A stretch of DNA of 64,000 nucleotides from positions 1 to 64,000 of the IMG/VR virus record IMGVR_UViG_3300033273_000282; one strand, 5' to 3'. Below the pieces are notes generated by a model that had not been told where the DNA came from, made no database searches, and was given only the letters and a program-made list of their open reading frames with translations. Position 1 is the stretch's first letter, and every line of letters begins with the position of its first letter. Both the position numbers and the translations under genes were made by a program. The DNA comes from a virus. Taxonomy: Duplodnaviria > Caudoviricetes. Of the stretch, positions 18,501 through 27,200 are shown one piece after another.

Positions 18501-19315
18501 ACCTAAACAGAGTTGCCCTGAGAAAAGTTCAAACTTCTGCTCAACCATTCATTATGCACCATAGGGCGACTGAGATTGCTAATTCTGTACAGGACATAAA
18601 CACTGAGTTTACTACTGTAAGTCTTGTACTTGGTGGTGTATTTGGTAGTGCTTCTGGTGGTACGGAAATTGATTACAGATCTGCTGTTGTTGACTATATT
18701 ATTGAAGAGTACGTTCTAGAAACTTTCATTAGACTCAGATCCCTCAGTTCCACTGGTGCTAGAAATACAGTCACTCTTGCTGATCCATATAATGAAGTTA
18801 CTAGGAGAGATGGATCTGTTGCTACTGTAGAAAACAGAGATCAGTCACAACCCTCTGGATTTGAAGAGTATTCTCTTGGTAATGCTGGTTTGACATTGGG
18901 TATTTTTGAAACTAATGCTAAGGTTGATAGTGGTATTGCTTCTGGTCTAACCATTGCTGACGTAGATGCTATCTACCCAACATTGAGCATTCGTGACTTT
19001 GACTTTAGAGAAAATTCTGCTCTACTTGGTAATGGTGATAGATTCAACCTTGGTATTCCTACCTATCAACAACCAATGTCTGAGGTTGTTAATGGTATCA
19101 ATTTCCAAGGTGAAATGACACTAGATTCTAACGAATATTTCCCTGCTTCGGGACATATTATAATTAGAAACAATAGTGGACTATATATTGATACCTTGTC
19201 TGTAATCTCTTATACTGGCAAGAGCGGCACCAACACATTGACTGGATGCCAACTAGAGAGAGGAGTCGGTTTCCCAACTGGTGGAGACTTAGCAACTCCC
19301 TTCTCTATCGTATAA
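9569..19315 (+). CDS. g7: giant baseplate wedge initiator gp7-like protein (3248 aa) with a YHYH-like domain
   Basis: Position between g6 and g8; LIKNISSFYKAKGTDKSIRFLF; RLQDSYFYQDYSYVIKS...HPAGF; IIGYAYDGNPIYGP...GRFCVTPEYPNGTYAYF. Confidence 0.8.
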   Translation: MAAKKRRLSSLIESQLPGFIQYEYENFSKFVEKYYEQQESAGQPLDIVSNLSQYRDINFYEKNLLSQQSTLVSSILADGTSFEVENGDSFPEENGYVQIGDEILFYQTRSGNVFSEVSRGVSGNTTLGDLYTKSAFVTTAAAPHYQGDVVRNISNLFLYALVKEFEKTYLSEFPEAYLKEGVDKRSLIKNISSFYKAKGTDKSIRFLFNAIVTDDPLNVPEVIKPKDFTLKASVSDWTKNYSLKAKVNSGDVFSLIGERITQEIDGYDKGIEFAQAIVDNVISIGNDGQEDLYEVILEPSTVNGQFQVSGRTETTVLLSATASANDTITVKSTMGFPKTGKILVGDEVITYKDKTVNQFIIDQRLGPIRNHNIGKSVFRYSTITSGDVKITTLGLLYNILPSQQAPYSVSGDIVQVGDSGFQTNDPIVFDIILRRNRWRINESPSTQTVQIKGSDTQFVGDVGAVFEDDQYYYITSSSYPTGNILVDTQYTENLLDQKHLKLIRKQPVTTTEVYETSNRDVGIFINGVPALGYKSTEFVKQGAIESVTVENRGFSYANAPFVLVNELPNKARCTLNGSVLDEVEILTTESFDEDPSIRITSGEGAVLEPVITAGAITSMNIVNAGKYYSSPPVIRIVDQLGKGNFAEFEAILDSDGSITEVKKISKGRFYTRGYTNVFVEAVGKGAVASAKIKRWVYNRYEQIKNNLDSSNGTVFANYNPLRDYGYAYVANPVDARKKAYSSEGSYNTNLINENIHSPIIGYAYDGNPIYGPIGYSDPVDPGSSLTKLASGYDLKGSRPNGPDTGKYPLGTFIDDYEWVPSVNSGKTELDQNNGRFCVTPEYPNGTYAYFITVDANEVPQFPYILGNNFYSLPVDSNYNSNISQDDIPVGLKALRSSLSERNGSGFSALIQDVKKGNVSSGYVESSTDNFSPGNTVYVNNTRTDGSGAVVTVDHVTGVDVSSIECTQTKATQIKIQESGYLFAGDEITQTGEDGTVIASGELIGDVINASELVLRNVTGTFNTTRPINSETIVVTLVLDSDANFTAGATMRLTNDDNEDQATGEILESTTRQNSVKVKVTSNDNFVVTSDYYLRSSNLSDSNRVEIISINSLSTGLNPFSVNENIAIATTTENHNLGAGDQVVVDILPNDATTETEYYVRKRLYQTATALQPQHNSTITDPGIGSADVLNSGLGYTTDTYYEVELIFVDATQARNGVGLPGDAGNALATIDVSNPQGLGSGGVGSILITTKGKGYKKGDRLTVADADLQRSVNEPRPDRLILEVDHVGFAYNNTVLKLTNVNNLSQDDFIQIGPEVLKITGVDTTTDEVTVERGQQNTTPTNHYDGAAVTLKDGFYRFSDNFRPFGDDITKPYLNQYNTETHVIDVSYDYNANQPQVLSNSSSFFDSSIPQKLVQFQTVEEEAFKLEFSTDNTNFQVNPVLDVQKYYKYTFDVSHFSMLDTYLDFSSSANYNIFTEEKETSGIAPGNAGSFVSIKLGFGPAISTNTYQERRAINFQNYFYFIKVSPNVDTSGSYLRIIDDPLTGIKNVLYSTDTKFVYDVNETPAYDGSGTMSYITSARLAEGSIHSVKVVNTGEGYAQIPTVYGVQPTAVNEAFVDPVWDPVLQVVTGFNITDQGGGYSKPIVLLTDTDGIKYEYECSQLNGKLSQVAVLKQGSGFTYKPTAKIIESDVKIYLESDNIGLPQNVRINNPGRGFNADKSQLGSYESPTTFVLRNISDRFFSGEKIRQLTTNATAVVAQDGFREGSNLLKVVSINGVFDSGSEITSVLGSRTATLYAQLSTEFEPDVRSYVDNFGYYTSDRGKLSNANQRLQDSYFYQDYSYVIKSKTSITEWRDLIKKTTHPAGFQLFGEMVVESQGEAPMPTAQPSLNYVSTVELPPVQITSLSTQQLITLTQYKLEQLKVEEGRGSISIDTFDATETVAYNVSLSPAFDGTFDPSTGNLIGNTEFTLIDEKNGLALQLTKDEQLICTLDGIFQEPGKAFTISGNKVTFAQPPLGARVVEGQDVDPVKFYGRAIKFKESTFNDRYFRKIKSIADQFDGVKVDFPLYWEDGTIVKTDDTENLIVGLNGVIQKARTTETEPFGNSYSIIRDEDDTVADIIRFTKPPIDNEDLYGPPEELPEILKNYEQCFIYSIGSYERLKINSDLYEYRFGGPYLIQDEVTNSVRKIDDPKYALVFIDGVLQRDTDSYTIVGPNITFTKPLQFSKNPAGNRAVQDVNIILMYGRDVAKTLTFYDFEPFAYRNTITVTLRGTGIGARIRPQLDQFAGQNFHLKQDRTVIGKVKNVSVKTDDEAILTLQHNVNVDIDENTELEICLAKDTYTTYPITGPYTVEATYKTDDEGERVLEKNVPSWLFGVEAGLEAWNNKNSMFANLLPGDKILIDGESEYREIIRTPDQVYTKSYVNDYYIENEHYAKVQATNYDGDTEGEGLSITANVNQFGAITTLNVADVEFNQRDLSLFFDEGILLQPTAYEYFTTPEVHFIPVDGNGGGAKASVIAYGGQILDVVLTNGGSGYTQPPRVVVARRYKRIKEQTRKIDTLIEIKIQTEIDSVFSMIGQTEIRIEGGPFSPQAISSIITFGGFDPELNTNRQITAQINTLAGEERQVRMTDQKFPTVIDIKSPVLITPAVLDLNTDRILTQVIGGVVGFEAVATLENITTEEVNKIIQIQANKAFQPKGIPTSGGLGTFVDAPVSDTSTIIYAANTQGFPDTPARILVGGEYIYYRRKEDDRFLDVVRGYQGTTPGTHAPGTLILSQPEFTVLLSGGVNTIISEVSAAQSSITKIEKKAEIQSVAEEINVFTNTNEYKQVHQLDDTEVTLESVEKQITIIPPTSYNVVTETHSTSSRVSKATAGLSDVFGFIGEVLTAGPEVTEIQLTQEQQIEADNTSTVSSVSIGSVAATATSTSKVVTTSYESTVVTNTVAFDVLSTLTNVSTQVVENPQTRIDSLTSNIVTFTNLNLNRVALRKVQTSAQPFIMHHRATEIANSVQDINTEFTTVSLVLGGVFGSASGGTEIDYRSAVVDYIIEEYVLETFIRLRSLSSTGARNTVTLADPYNEVTRRDGSVATVENRDQSQPSGFEEYSLGNAGLTLGIFETNAKVDSGIASGLTIADVDAIYPTLSIRDFDFRENSALLGNGDRFNLGIPTYQQPMSEVVNGINFQGEMTLDSNEYFPASGHIIIRNNSGLYIDTLSVISYTGKSGTNTLTGCQLERGVGFPTGGDLATPFSIV

Positions 19316-19324
19316 ATATAAATA
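19311..19324 (+). promoter_or_regulatory. tandem late promoters
   Basis: TATAAATA at 19311 and 19317. Confidence 0.85.
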
Positions 19325-19360
19325 AATCAGACAAAACGTTCACACACCGAGAGATTATCA

Positions 19361-21238
19361 ATGGCTGCTATTATCTCAGACAAGTTTAGAATTTTTAACG
19401 CCACCCAATTCCTTGAGTCGTTGTCTGAGCCCACTGGCGGCACAGACACCGACGCCGAGCGAACAAGGATGTATTTCTTTGTGGGTCGCCCCCAAAGATG
19501 GGATGCCTACCTCGAAATCTTCAACCAGAATGCTACCGCTTTTGTAGCAGGTAATGAAGTTTACATTGGCGCTAACTACGCTTCTGCCACTTTCAAGGCA
19601 ACAATTAGAGAAGTATACGAGAACTCCCTCCTTCTCCACAGTGTTGGTCCTCAGACTAACTCTGTTCCTACCCCTGGTCAGGCACTTAAAGGTTGGAACG
19701 GCACTGCCGATACCAACGCCGAAGCACTAACTGGTGTTTATCGTTACGCTACAGAGGACGTTCCTCCTGTACCTCTCGACAACCAAACCGAAAAGTATGA
19801 TGTTTATGACGACATCATCGCTGCTAAGCGTATTACTACTGACTTTGCTCGTAGTGTAATCCGTCGTTTCAACTGGGATACCGCTGCTAACCCAGTATTC
19901 GACATGTGGAAGCCTGACTACTCCACAACCCCTGGTTCTGGTGGTCAGATTGGTAAAGCTGCTGCTACTGGCGCTACCAATATTGCTGATGCTAAGTTCT
20001 ACTTGATCAACTCTCAGTACGAAGTATTCAAGTGTCTCTATAACGGTCAGAATCCTGCCAACCCAGCTGGTCAGCCTGTAACTAACGAACCAAAGACCAC
20101 TCCTTCTGCTGGTCAAGGCACTTACACTGGCGCTGACGGTATCTTTGTTGAAGATCCTGCTGCTAATGGTTACATTTGGAAGTACATGTACACCATCCCA
20201 ACCGATGACGTACTACGTTTCCTCTCCACTGACTTCATGCCTATCGTTCTTCCATCGGACGCTACTCGTCAGGCAACTGAAGCAATTGCTACTGGTGCTC
20301 CTGATTCCATCAATGTTGCTTTAATCGAAGACGGTGGTACTGGTCTAACCAACGGTACATACTATGCTCCTATCGTCGGTGACGGTGCTGGCGGTGCTGT
20401 AGAGATCACCATTGCTGGTGGTGCTCTAGATTCCGTAACCGTAACTAATGGTGGTTCTGGTTATACCTATGCTTCTGTTCCTCTTCAGGACGGTCTAGTT
20501 AATGGCGATCCAGGTTGGACAGGTGCTCCTATCGGTCTCTACACCGACGCTGGTCTAACAACTTCTGCTTCTGGTGCTGTTCCTGCTAACGCTACTGGTG
20601 CTATTGAAGTTATTCTTCCTCCTCAGGGTGGACATGGTTCTAACTTCGAAGAAGAACTCAACGCTAAGCGTATTATGACGAACATCCGTCTAACCTACGC
20701 TGAAGGTTCTGGTGACTTCCCTGTTGACAACGACTTCCGTCGTATCGGTATCATCCGTGACCCATATGCTGCTGGCGGTAGTACTTTCGCCACCGCTCCT
20801 ACCCTAAGTGGTGTTTATGCTGTTAAGGTCAGTGGTGCTACTGCTGACTTCGTTGCTGACGAAACCATTTCTCAGACAACTGCCTCTGGTGGTACTGCTT
20901 ACGGCACAGTCGTATCTTGGGAAAGAGATTCTGGTAACGCTGGTCCTGGTGGTGCTGGTGTTCTTAAGTTTATCCAGTCTCCTTCTCTCCATACCGACGC
21001 TGGTATCGTAAGACTCTTCGAGAACAGTGGTCAAGCAATTGCTGGTGCTCAGTCTCTTGCTTCTGGTACTGTTGATGGCACCAACAACGACACGCTCGTA
21101 GGTGTTACTTTCTCTTCGGGTCTTGCCGCTCCTGAGATTGCCAACAACTCTGGTGAAATCATCTATGTTGAGAACCGTCGTCTCATCACCCGTGCTGCTG
21201 ACCAGATCGAAGACATCAAACTCGTAATCGAGTTCTGA
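19361..21238 (+). CDS. g8: baseplate wedge subunit gp8
   Basis: MAAIISDKFRIFNA...YFFVGRP...WKYMYTI...FRRIGII...SGEIIYVENRRLITRAADQIEDIKLVIEF. Confidence 0.92.
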   Translation: MAAIISDKFRIFNATQFLESLSEPTGGTDTDAERTRMYFFVGRPQRWDAYLEIFNQNATAFVAGNEVYIGANYASATFKATIREVYENSLLLHSVGPQTNSVPTPGQALKGWNGTADTNAEALTGVYRYATEDVPPVPLDNQTEKYDVYDDIIAAKRITTDFARSVIRRFNWDTAANPVFDMWKPDYSTTPGSGGQIGKAAATGATNIADAKFYLINSQYEVFKCLYNGQNPANPAGQPVTNEPKTTPSAGQGTYTGADGIFVEDPAANGYIWKYMYTIPTDDVLRFLSTDFMPIVLPSDATRQATEAIATGAPDSINVALIEDGGTGLTNGTYYAPIVGDGAGGAVEITIAGGALDSVTVTNGGSGYTYASVPLQDGLVNGDPGWTGAPIGLYTDAGLTTSASGAVPANATGAIEVILPPQGGHGSNFEEELNAKRIMTNIRLTYAEGSGDFPVDNDFRRIGIIRDPYAAGGSTFATAPTLSGVYAVKVSGATADFVADETISQTTASGGTAYGTVVSWERDSGNAGPGGAGVLKFIQSPSLHTDAGIVRLFENSGQAIAGAQSLASGTVDGTNNDTLVGVTFSSGLAAPEIANNSGEIIYVENRRLITRAADQIEDIKLVIEF

Positions 21239-21247
21239 TTTACTTTT

Positions 21248-21295
21248 TACTCCGCTAAATACTTCAACGAACAATGTAGAGTATTTGGCGGAGTA
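21248..21295 (+). promoter_or_regulatory. 16-bp hairpin with a late promoter in the left arm and the RBS in the right arm
   Basis: TACTCCGCTAAATACT (21248-21263) pairs with AGTATTTGGCGGAGTA (21280-21295). Confidence 0.8.
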
Positions 21296-21297
21296 AC

Positions 21298-24200
21298 ATG
21301 CCACAGAAGACTAACCTTAATGTAGCACCATATTATGATGACTATGATGCTGGCAAAAACTTTTATAAGGTTTTGTTCAGACCTGGATACTCGATCCAGA
21401 CTAGAGAATTAACTTCTCTACAATCGATTCTCCAGAATCAAATCGAGAGTTTTGGTAAGTTCAACTTCAAACAGGGACAGCAAGTCATTCCTGGTGAGGT
21501 TGGACTTAATACCAAGCTTGATTATGTCAAGTTATCTTCTGTATCTGAAGTCGCCGTAAACGAAGGCGGTCAGATCGTTTATAAGAAATACGACATTAAA
21601 AAACTTGTCGGAACACAACTCTCGGGTCTAAACTCGGGAGTTGTTGGGCGCGTACTGAGTGCTGAGTACGGGTCTGACATCGAAGCAGATACATTGTTCG
21701 TCAAATATACCACAAGTGGTAATGCTAGCAACGAAACCACTTTCAGACAAGGTGAAACGCTAGAAGTTATTGGTGGTATCAACACTCCTCTACTTGTCGT
21801 TGGTACAGATGGTAGCGTACTCCCTACCAGTATTAATGTAGAAGATCCTATTTCTGGTCAGATTTCAACTCTTACCAGTCCTGCTATGGGATTTGCCACT
21901 GCTGTTGATGTACAAGAAGGTGTTTACTTTATTAACGGTTTCTTTGTAAGAAACGAGAAGCAACTCTTAGTAGTTAACAAATATTATAATAAACCATCAG
22001 CAAAGGTAGGTTTTACTGTAAGCGAAGATATTGTAACTCCAGAAGAGGACGCTTCCCTAACAGATAACGCCAGAGGTTTCTCAAACTCCTCTGCTCCTGG
22101 TGCCCATCGTCTTAGCATCAATCTAACCCTAACTAAGTTCGATTACACTGCTAATACTGATAAAAACTTCATCCAACTAGTTCAGATTAAGAACGGAACG
22201 GTAGAGAAGCAAGTAAGACCAGCAGACTATACTCTTCTAGAAGAAACTCTAGCAAGAAGAACTTACGATGAGTCTGGTGACTATGTTGTAGAAGATTTTG
22301 ACTATGATGTTAGAGAGTATTACCAGAGAAGTGGTAATAATGGTGTATATGCTCTCAATACCGAAACTGGTCTAATCAATAAGACTTACACCGAGGCAGA
22401 AGCAGAAGGCAAGATGGTCTTGCATGTAAGTTCTGGTAAGGCGTATGTCAAAGGATATGAAATTATCAACAAAGAGTCCAAGACTCTAGAAGTTAATAAA
22501 GGTAGAGACACCCTACAGCGTGATAATGTAACAATTAAATCTAAAGGTTTATCTGAGTTTAATGTAACCAACGTATTTGGTAGTGTCCCTCTAAACACTG
22601 TTGGTGATGAACTAACAGGTTATCCATCTGTTTCTCTAAACAGTGTATTCAATGATGGTACTATTGGTTTCTCTGGTCTAGAACCAGATGGATATTTTAG
22701 AGACTCAGTAGACAGAAGATCTCAAGTCTTTAATCTAAAAGATGGTATCATGACCATCTATGTACAGTCTCTAGGTGACCAACCTGTACAGACATCTCAA
22801 CTTCCTGATGAAGTATTCTTTGTCACCACCAGAGGCACAGGAACAATCCAGGGTAAGAGTGCTACAGTTATTGGTAAAGCAATTGTTAATCGTCCCGAGG
22901 TTAACCCAGCTAGTAATGCTGTATTTGGTGAACTAACCATTGTTGGTGACAAGAGTGTTCTCGACAATTTTATGAAAGAATATGATGACGGCGAGACTGA
23001 TTTCAGAAGATACATCTATACTTCTCAGACATTGATGGAGACTTCTTCTGATCCATATGGTGTCGTTGTTGACTACAACCCAAGTTTCACTCCTATTGTT
23101 GGTGTAGCAAAACCCAAGAACTTCAGAATGATCAACAGAGGTTCTGGTTTCAATCCAGATTCTGACATCATTTTATCCAAAGGTAGAACTGGTTCTGCTA
23201 CTCCATATAATGCTACCTTTGGTTTCTCGTATTTCAATCCAGTATTCTTCACTAGACTAAAACTAGAGAAGAAGATTATTGCCGATACATTCAAGAATGG
23301 TAAGTATATCTATGGTAAAGAGAGTAAGGCATATGGCGTCATCGAGAATGACACCACAGGTAACTTCAGTGGTATCTCTACTCTATTCGTAACTACTCTT
23401 TCTGGTCAGTTCATCCCTGGCGAGACAATCATTGATGAAGAACAGAACGCTATCAAGATTGCTAAAGAAAACACCATCTCCCACTTTGTTGTCAACAAGA
23501 GAGGCAGCAACTACAATGATGCTTCTAGTGTAGTTATCAATGGTGAAATCTTTGACCAGTCTAAAGTTGATGTTGTTCTGTATGGTGGTGCTGTAGTTCA
23601 GGTTCTTGTTGAAGATAGATCTGCTCTACAACAAACATATGCTACCCCACCTGAAATTCTATTTACAAGTGATGACTCCAATACTGACAAGGCAGTTGTA
23701 ACACCAGTCTTGTTTAAAGACACTGTACTGACATTTACACCACAGAATGTAAAGTCGCTATCTTCTACATTCAACAACTATACATTTACAGCAGACGTTG
23801 ACTTCTCTTCTACGTCTTATGCTACTTACCAGCAAATTAGTGACTTCACTTTCTTTGGAACTAAAGGTAAGAAGTTTATCGAGTGTAATGGTTTTGGAGC
23901 TGATTTGACTGGAGACCTAATCCAAGGTGACATCATTCAGTTTACCGATGCCAACAACAATGTAATTAAGAACATTGTTCAGTACGTAACTCTACCAGAA
24001 AACACTGAGAAGTCTAGAATCTACTTTGATTATGCTCTACCTGATAATGTAACTAACGCTACTATCGTAAGATTACGTCCTATACTAACAAATAGTTCTG
24101 CTACTCTAGTATTCCCAACTGGCAGCAAACAGGTAGCATCTCTCGTCAGTGATGATGCCAACACCAAGTTCAAGTATCATGTAAGAAAGGATTTTGTTAC

Positions 24201-27200
24201 TGATCTGTCTGCTAGTGGTGGTAACCTAACGTTTACTGCTCAACTACCTGTTGGTACACAGAAGTTTGTTCCCTTTACCGAGAATAATTTCTTGATTACT
24301 GTTCTCAGCAAGGGATCTTCTACTGTTGTAGAAAACGGTGATATCATTTATATTGATCCTAGATATATCGCTGTCGAGGATTCTGTCATTACTGCTAGCA
24401 GCGTAACTGCTGGTGCTTTGAGAATCCAGAACCTACCATCTGATTACTTTGGTAATATTATGGATAGTAACTTCCCTGTACTAAAACTAACTGCTACTGT
24501 CGAGATTGACAAAGCACGTCCTAGACTCAAGACTGCTATTAGAGACAAGCGTATTATCGTTGTATCTTCTGGTGACCGTGTAATTCCTATTAGAGGTCAA
24601 GACTACGATTCTGATGTCATCGAGATTTTCTCCTATTCTGACGTATTTAAACTCAAGTATGTTTATGAGGGCACAACAACCAACCCACCTGTAGTTGATC
24701 CTTCTGGCAACTTGGTTAGTGGTACTGACGTAACTTACAAATACAAGTTCGACAATGGACAGAGAGACACTTACTATGATGTTTCTAGAATTGTATTGAA
24801 GCCTGGTTTCGATGCTCCTACTGGTCAACTAGTCGTAGCGTTCGACTTCTTCGAACATTCTCAAGGTGACTTCTGTACTGTTGATTCTTATCTCCATGAA
24901 GCAGGCGTTCTACCTGACGAGATTCCTCTATTCAACTCGACTGTTAACGGTGTCATTTCTCTTAGAGATTCCATCGATTTCAGACCTAAGGTTGATGGTA
25001 ATACCACTATTACTGGTTTCCAAGATCAATCTATTGTCGAAGCATTTGACAGCACAGACTACATTACTTTCCTAGGCACTGGTGGTATTCCAACAGCAAC
25101 ACCTGCTACTGATGCTGGTCTAGCATACACAGTTTCCTTTAGTGAGAAGCAATACCTAGATCGTATCGATGGTCTATTCCTCACCAAAAAAGGTGACTTT
25201 ATCATCAAAGAAGGTAATGCTTCACTCAACCCATCTAAACCAGAACCAGTAGATGATGCTGTTTCTCTCTGCTATCTCCATATCCCTGCTTACACCAACA
25301 ACAGTAAGGATGTAAGAATTGTTCCTGTGGATAACAAGCGTTATACCATGAAGGACATTGGTAAACTAGAGAAGAGAATTGAGCGTCTTGAGTATTACAC
25401 CACTCTAAGCATCCTTGAGCAGCAAGCACTAAACATGCAGGTCAAAGACGAGATTGGTCTAGACAGATTCAAGTCTGGTTTCCTCGTAGATAACTTCGAG
25501 GCACATAGAACTGGCAACCTCAAGTCTGAAGACTACAGATGTGCTATTGATACTCAGCAGTCTGTCCTAAGAGCACAATCTAAAGAAGATAGTTTTGTTC
25601 TCAAAGAAATCAACACTAGAGATGACCAAAGAGCAGTCGATGGTTATGTCATTAACGACGGTGTTGTTACACTACCATATGAAAATGTTGAACTACTAGG
25701 TAATGCTAATGCTACTAACACCATCAATCCTAATCCTTTTGTTGTTATCCAGTATGTTGGTGAGGGTGTTATTTCTCCACAACAAGATTCTTGGTATGAT
25801 CAAAGCATTGCTCCTCTAGTTGTTGACACTAACACTAAACTCAATACCATCTTCTTAGCAAAAGATGTTGTAGCGGATGCTTATTCTAGTCTCTACAACT
25901 CCTTTATTGTGAACTGGTGTGGTACTGATGCTGGATTGCTACCTATCGAGTCTCTTGCTGGTATCAACAGCGAAGACATCGAATCTACTGTAGAACCTGC
26001 TTCTGTTGCCAGTTCTTCTAATGTAAGTCCACAGAACAATGAAGTGGGCAAAGGTGTTGGTACAAGAACTATCAACAATAAGAAAGTCTCCACTGCTCTA
26101 CAGTTTTTCGCCAGATCTATTCCTGTCAAGTTTGTCATGAACAGACTGAAGCCTGACACCAAGGTCTATGTGTTCATGGAAGGTCGTAACATTGATCGTT
26201 GGGTTGTACCTGATAGTCGTTTTAGTGGTCAGGCAGGCAACTCCCTCTCTACTTTCGGCGCTCCTCTAGTCACCGATAGTAACGGTAACCTCTCTGGTAT
26301 CATTCTAGTTCCTGCTGGTCTACCTCCTGTATCTAACACTAGATGGACTGGTAATGTAGATACTGTTGATTATGATCAGACTGGCGAGGAGATTAGATTC
26401 TCTACTGGCACAAAGACTATTAGATTTACTTCTGCTTCGGATGATGCTGACAAGTCTGAAGTAGATACTTATGCTGAAGTCAAGTTCTATGCTGCTGGCA
26501 TTACACCAGAGAATCCTGCTAGCATTACTTCTACCGCTACATCATTCTTCAAAGCAAATGAAGGTGTACAGTTGGTTGATAGCAACACTGATGATCCAGT
26601 CAAACCAAATCCACTTGCTCAAACATTCAAGATTGAGAACTTCGATGGTGGTGTTATGACCACTGGTGTTGATCTTTTCTTCAGCAAGAAGAGTGAAACT
26701 ATTCCTCTTAGAGCATATCTAACGGATGTTGTTGCTGGTAAACCAGGCAAGAATATTATTCCTGGTACACAAGTATCTCTAACTCCTGAGACTTATCTAA
26801 GAGTTTATGTAACTGGAGAGAGTGAGACTGTTACCATCAATCTAGATGAGATTGTAACTGGCAAGACATCTAATGCCTCTGGTCCTATCGCTAAAGTATT
26901 CGACTCGAACCTAGTAAGAGTTGGTGATGACACCAGCACTTCCTTCCAGTTGAATAAGGAACAGGTTTACACTCTTGTTCTAAACAACCACAACGGAACT
27001 TCTTTCGTAGCAAACGAATCACTATCCATTCCTTCTGTTACTACTTACAACAACTTGAACAACACTACTTTAGGTGTATTCATTGCTAAGGATTCTGGTA
27101 AAGTAACTGACCTAAGAGTCAGTGCTGTTGGTGATAACTACGAGACTGCTTCTATTACTATCGAGAGTCCTCAGTTGCCTGGAGGATCTTCAGCAACAGG

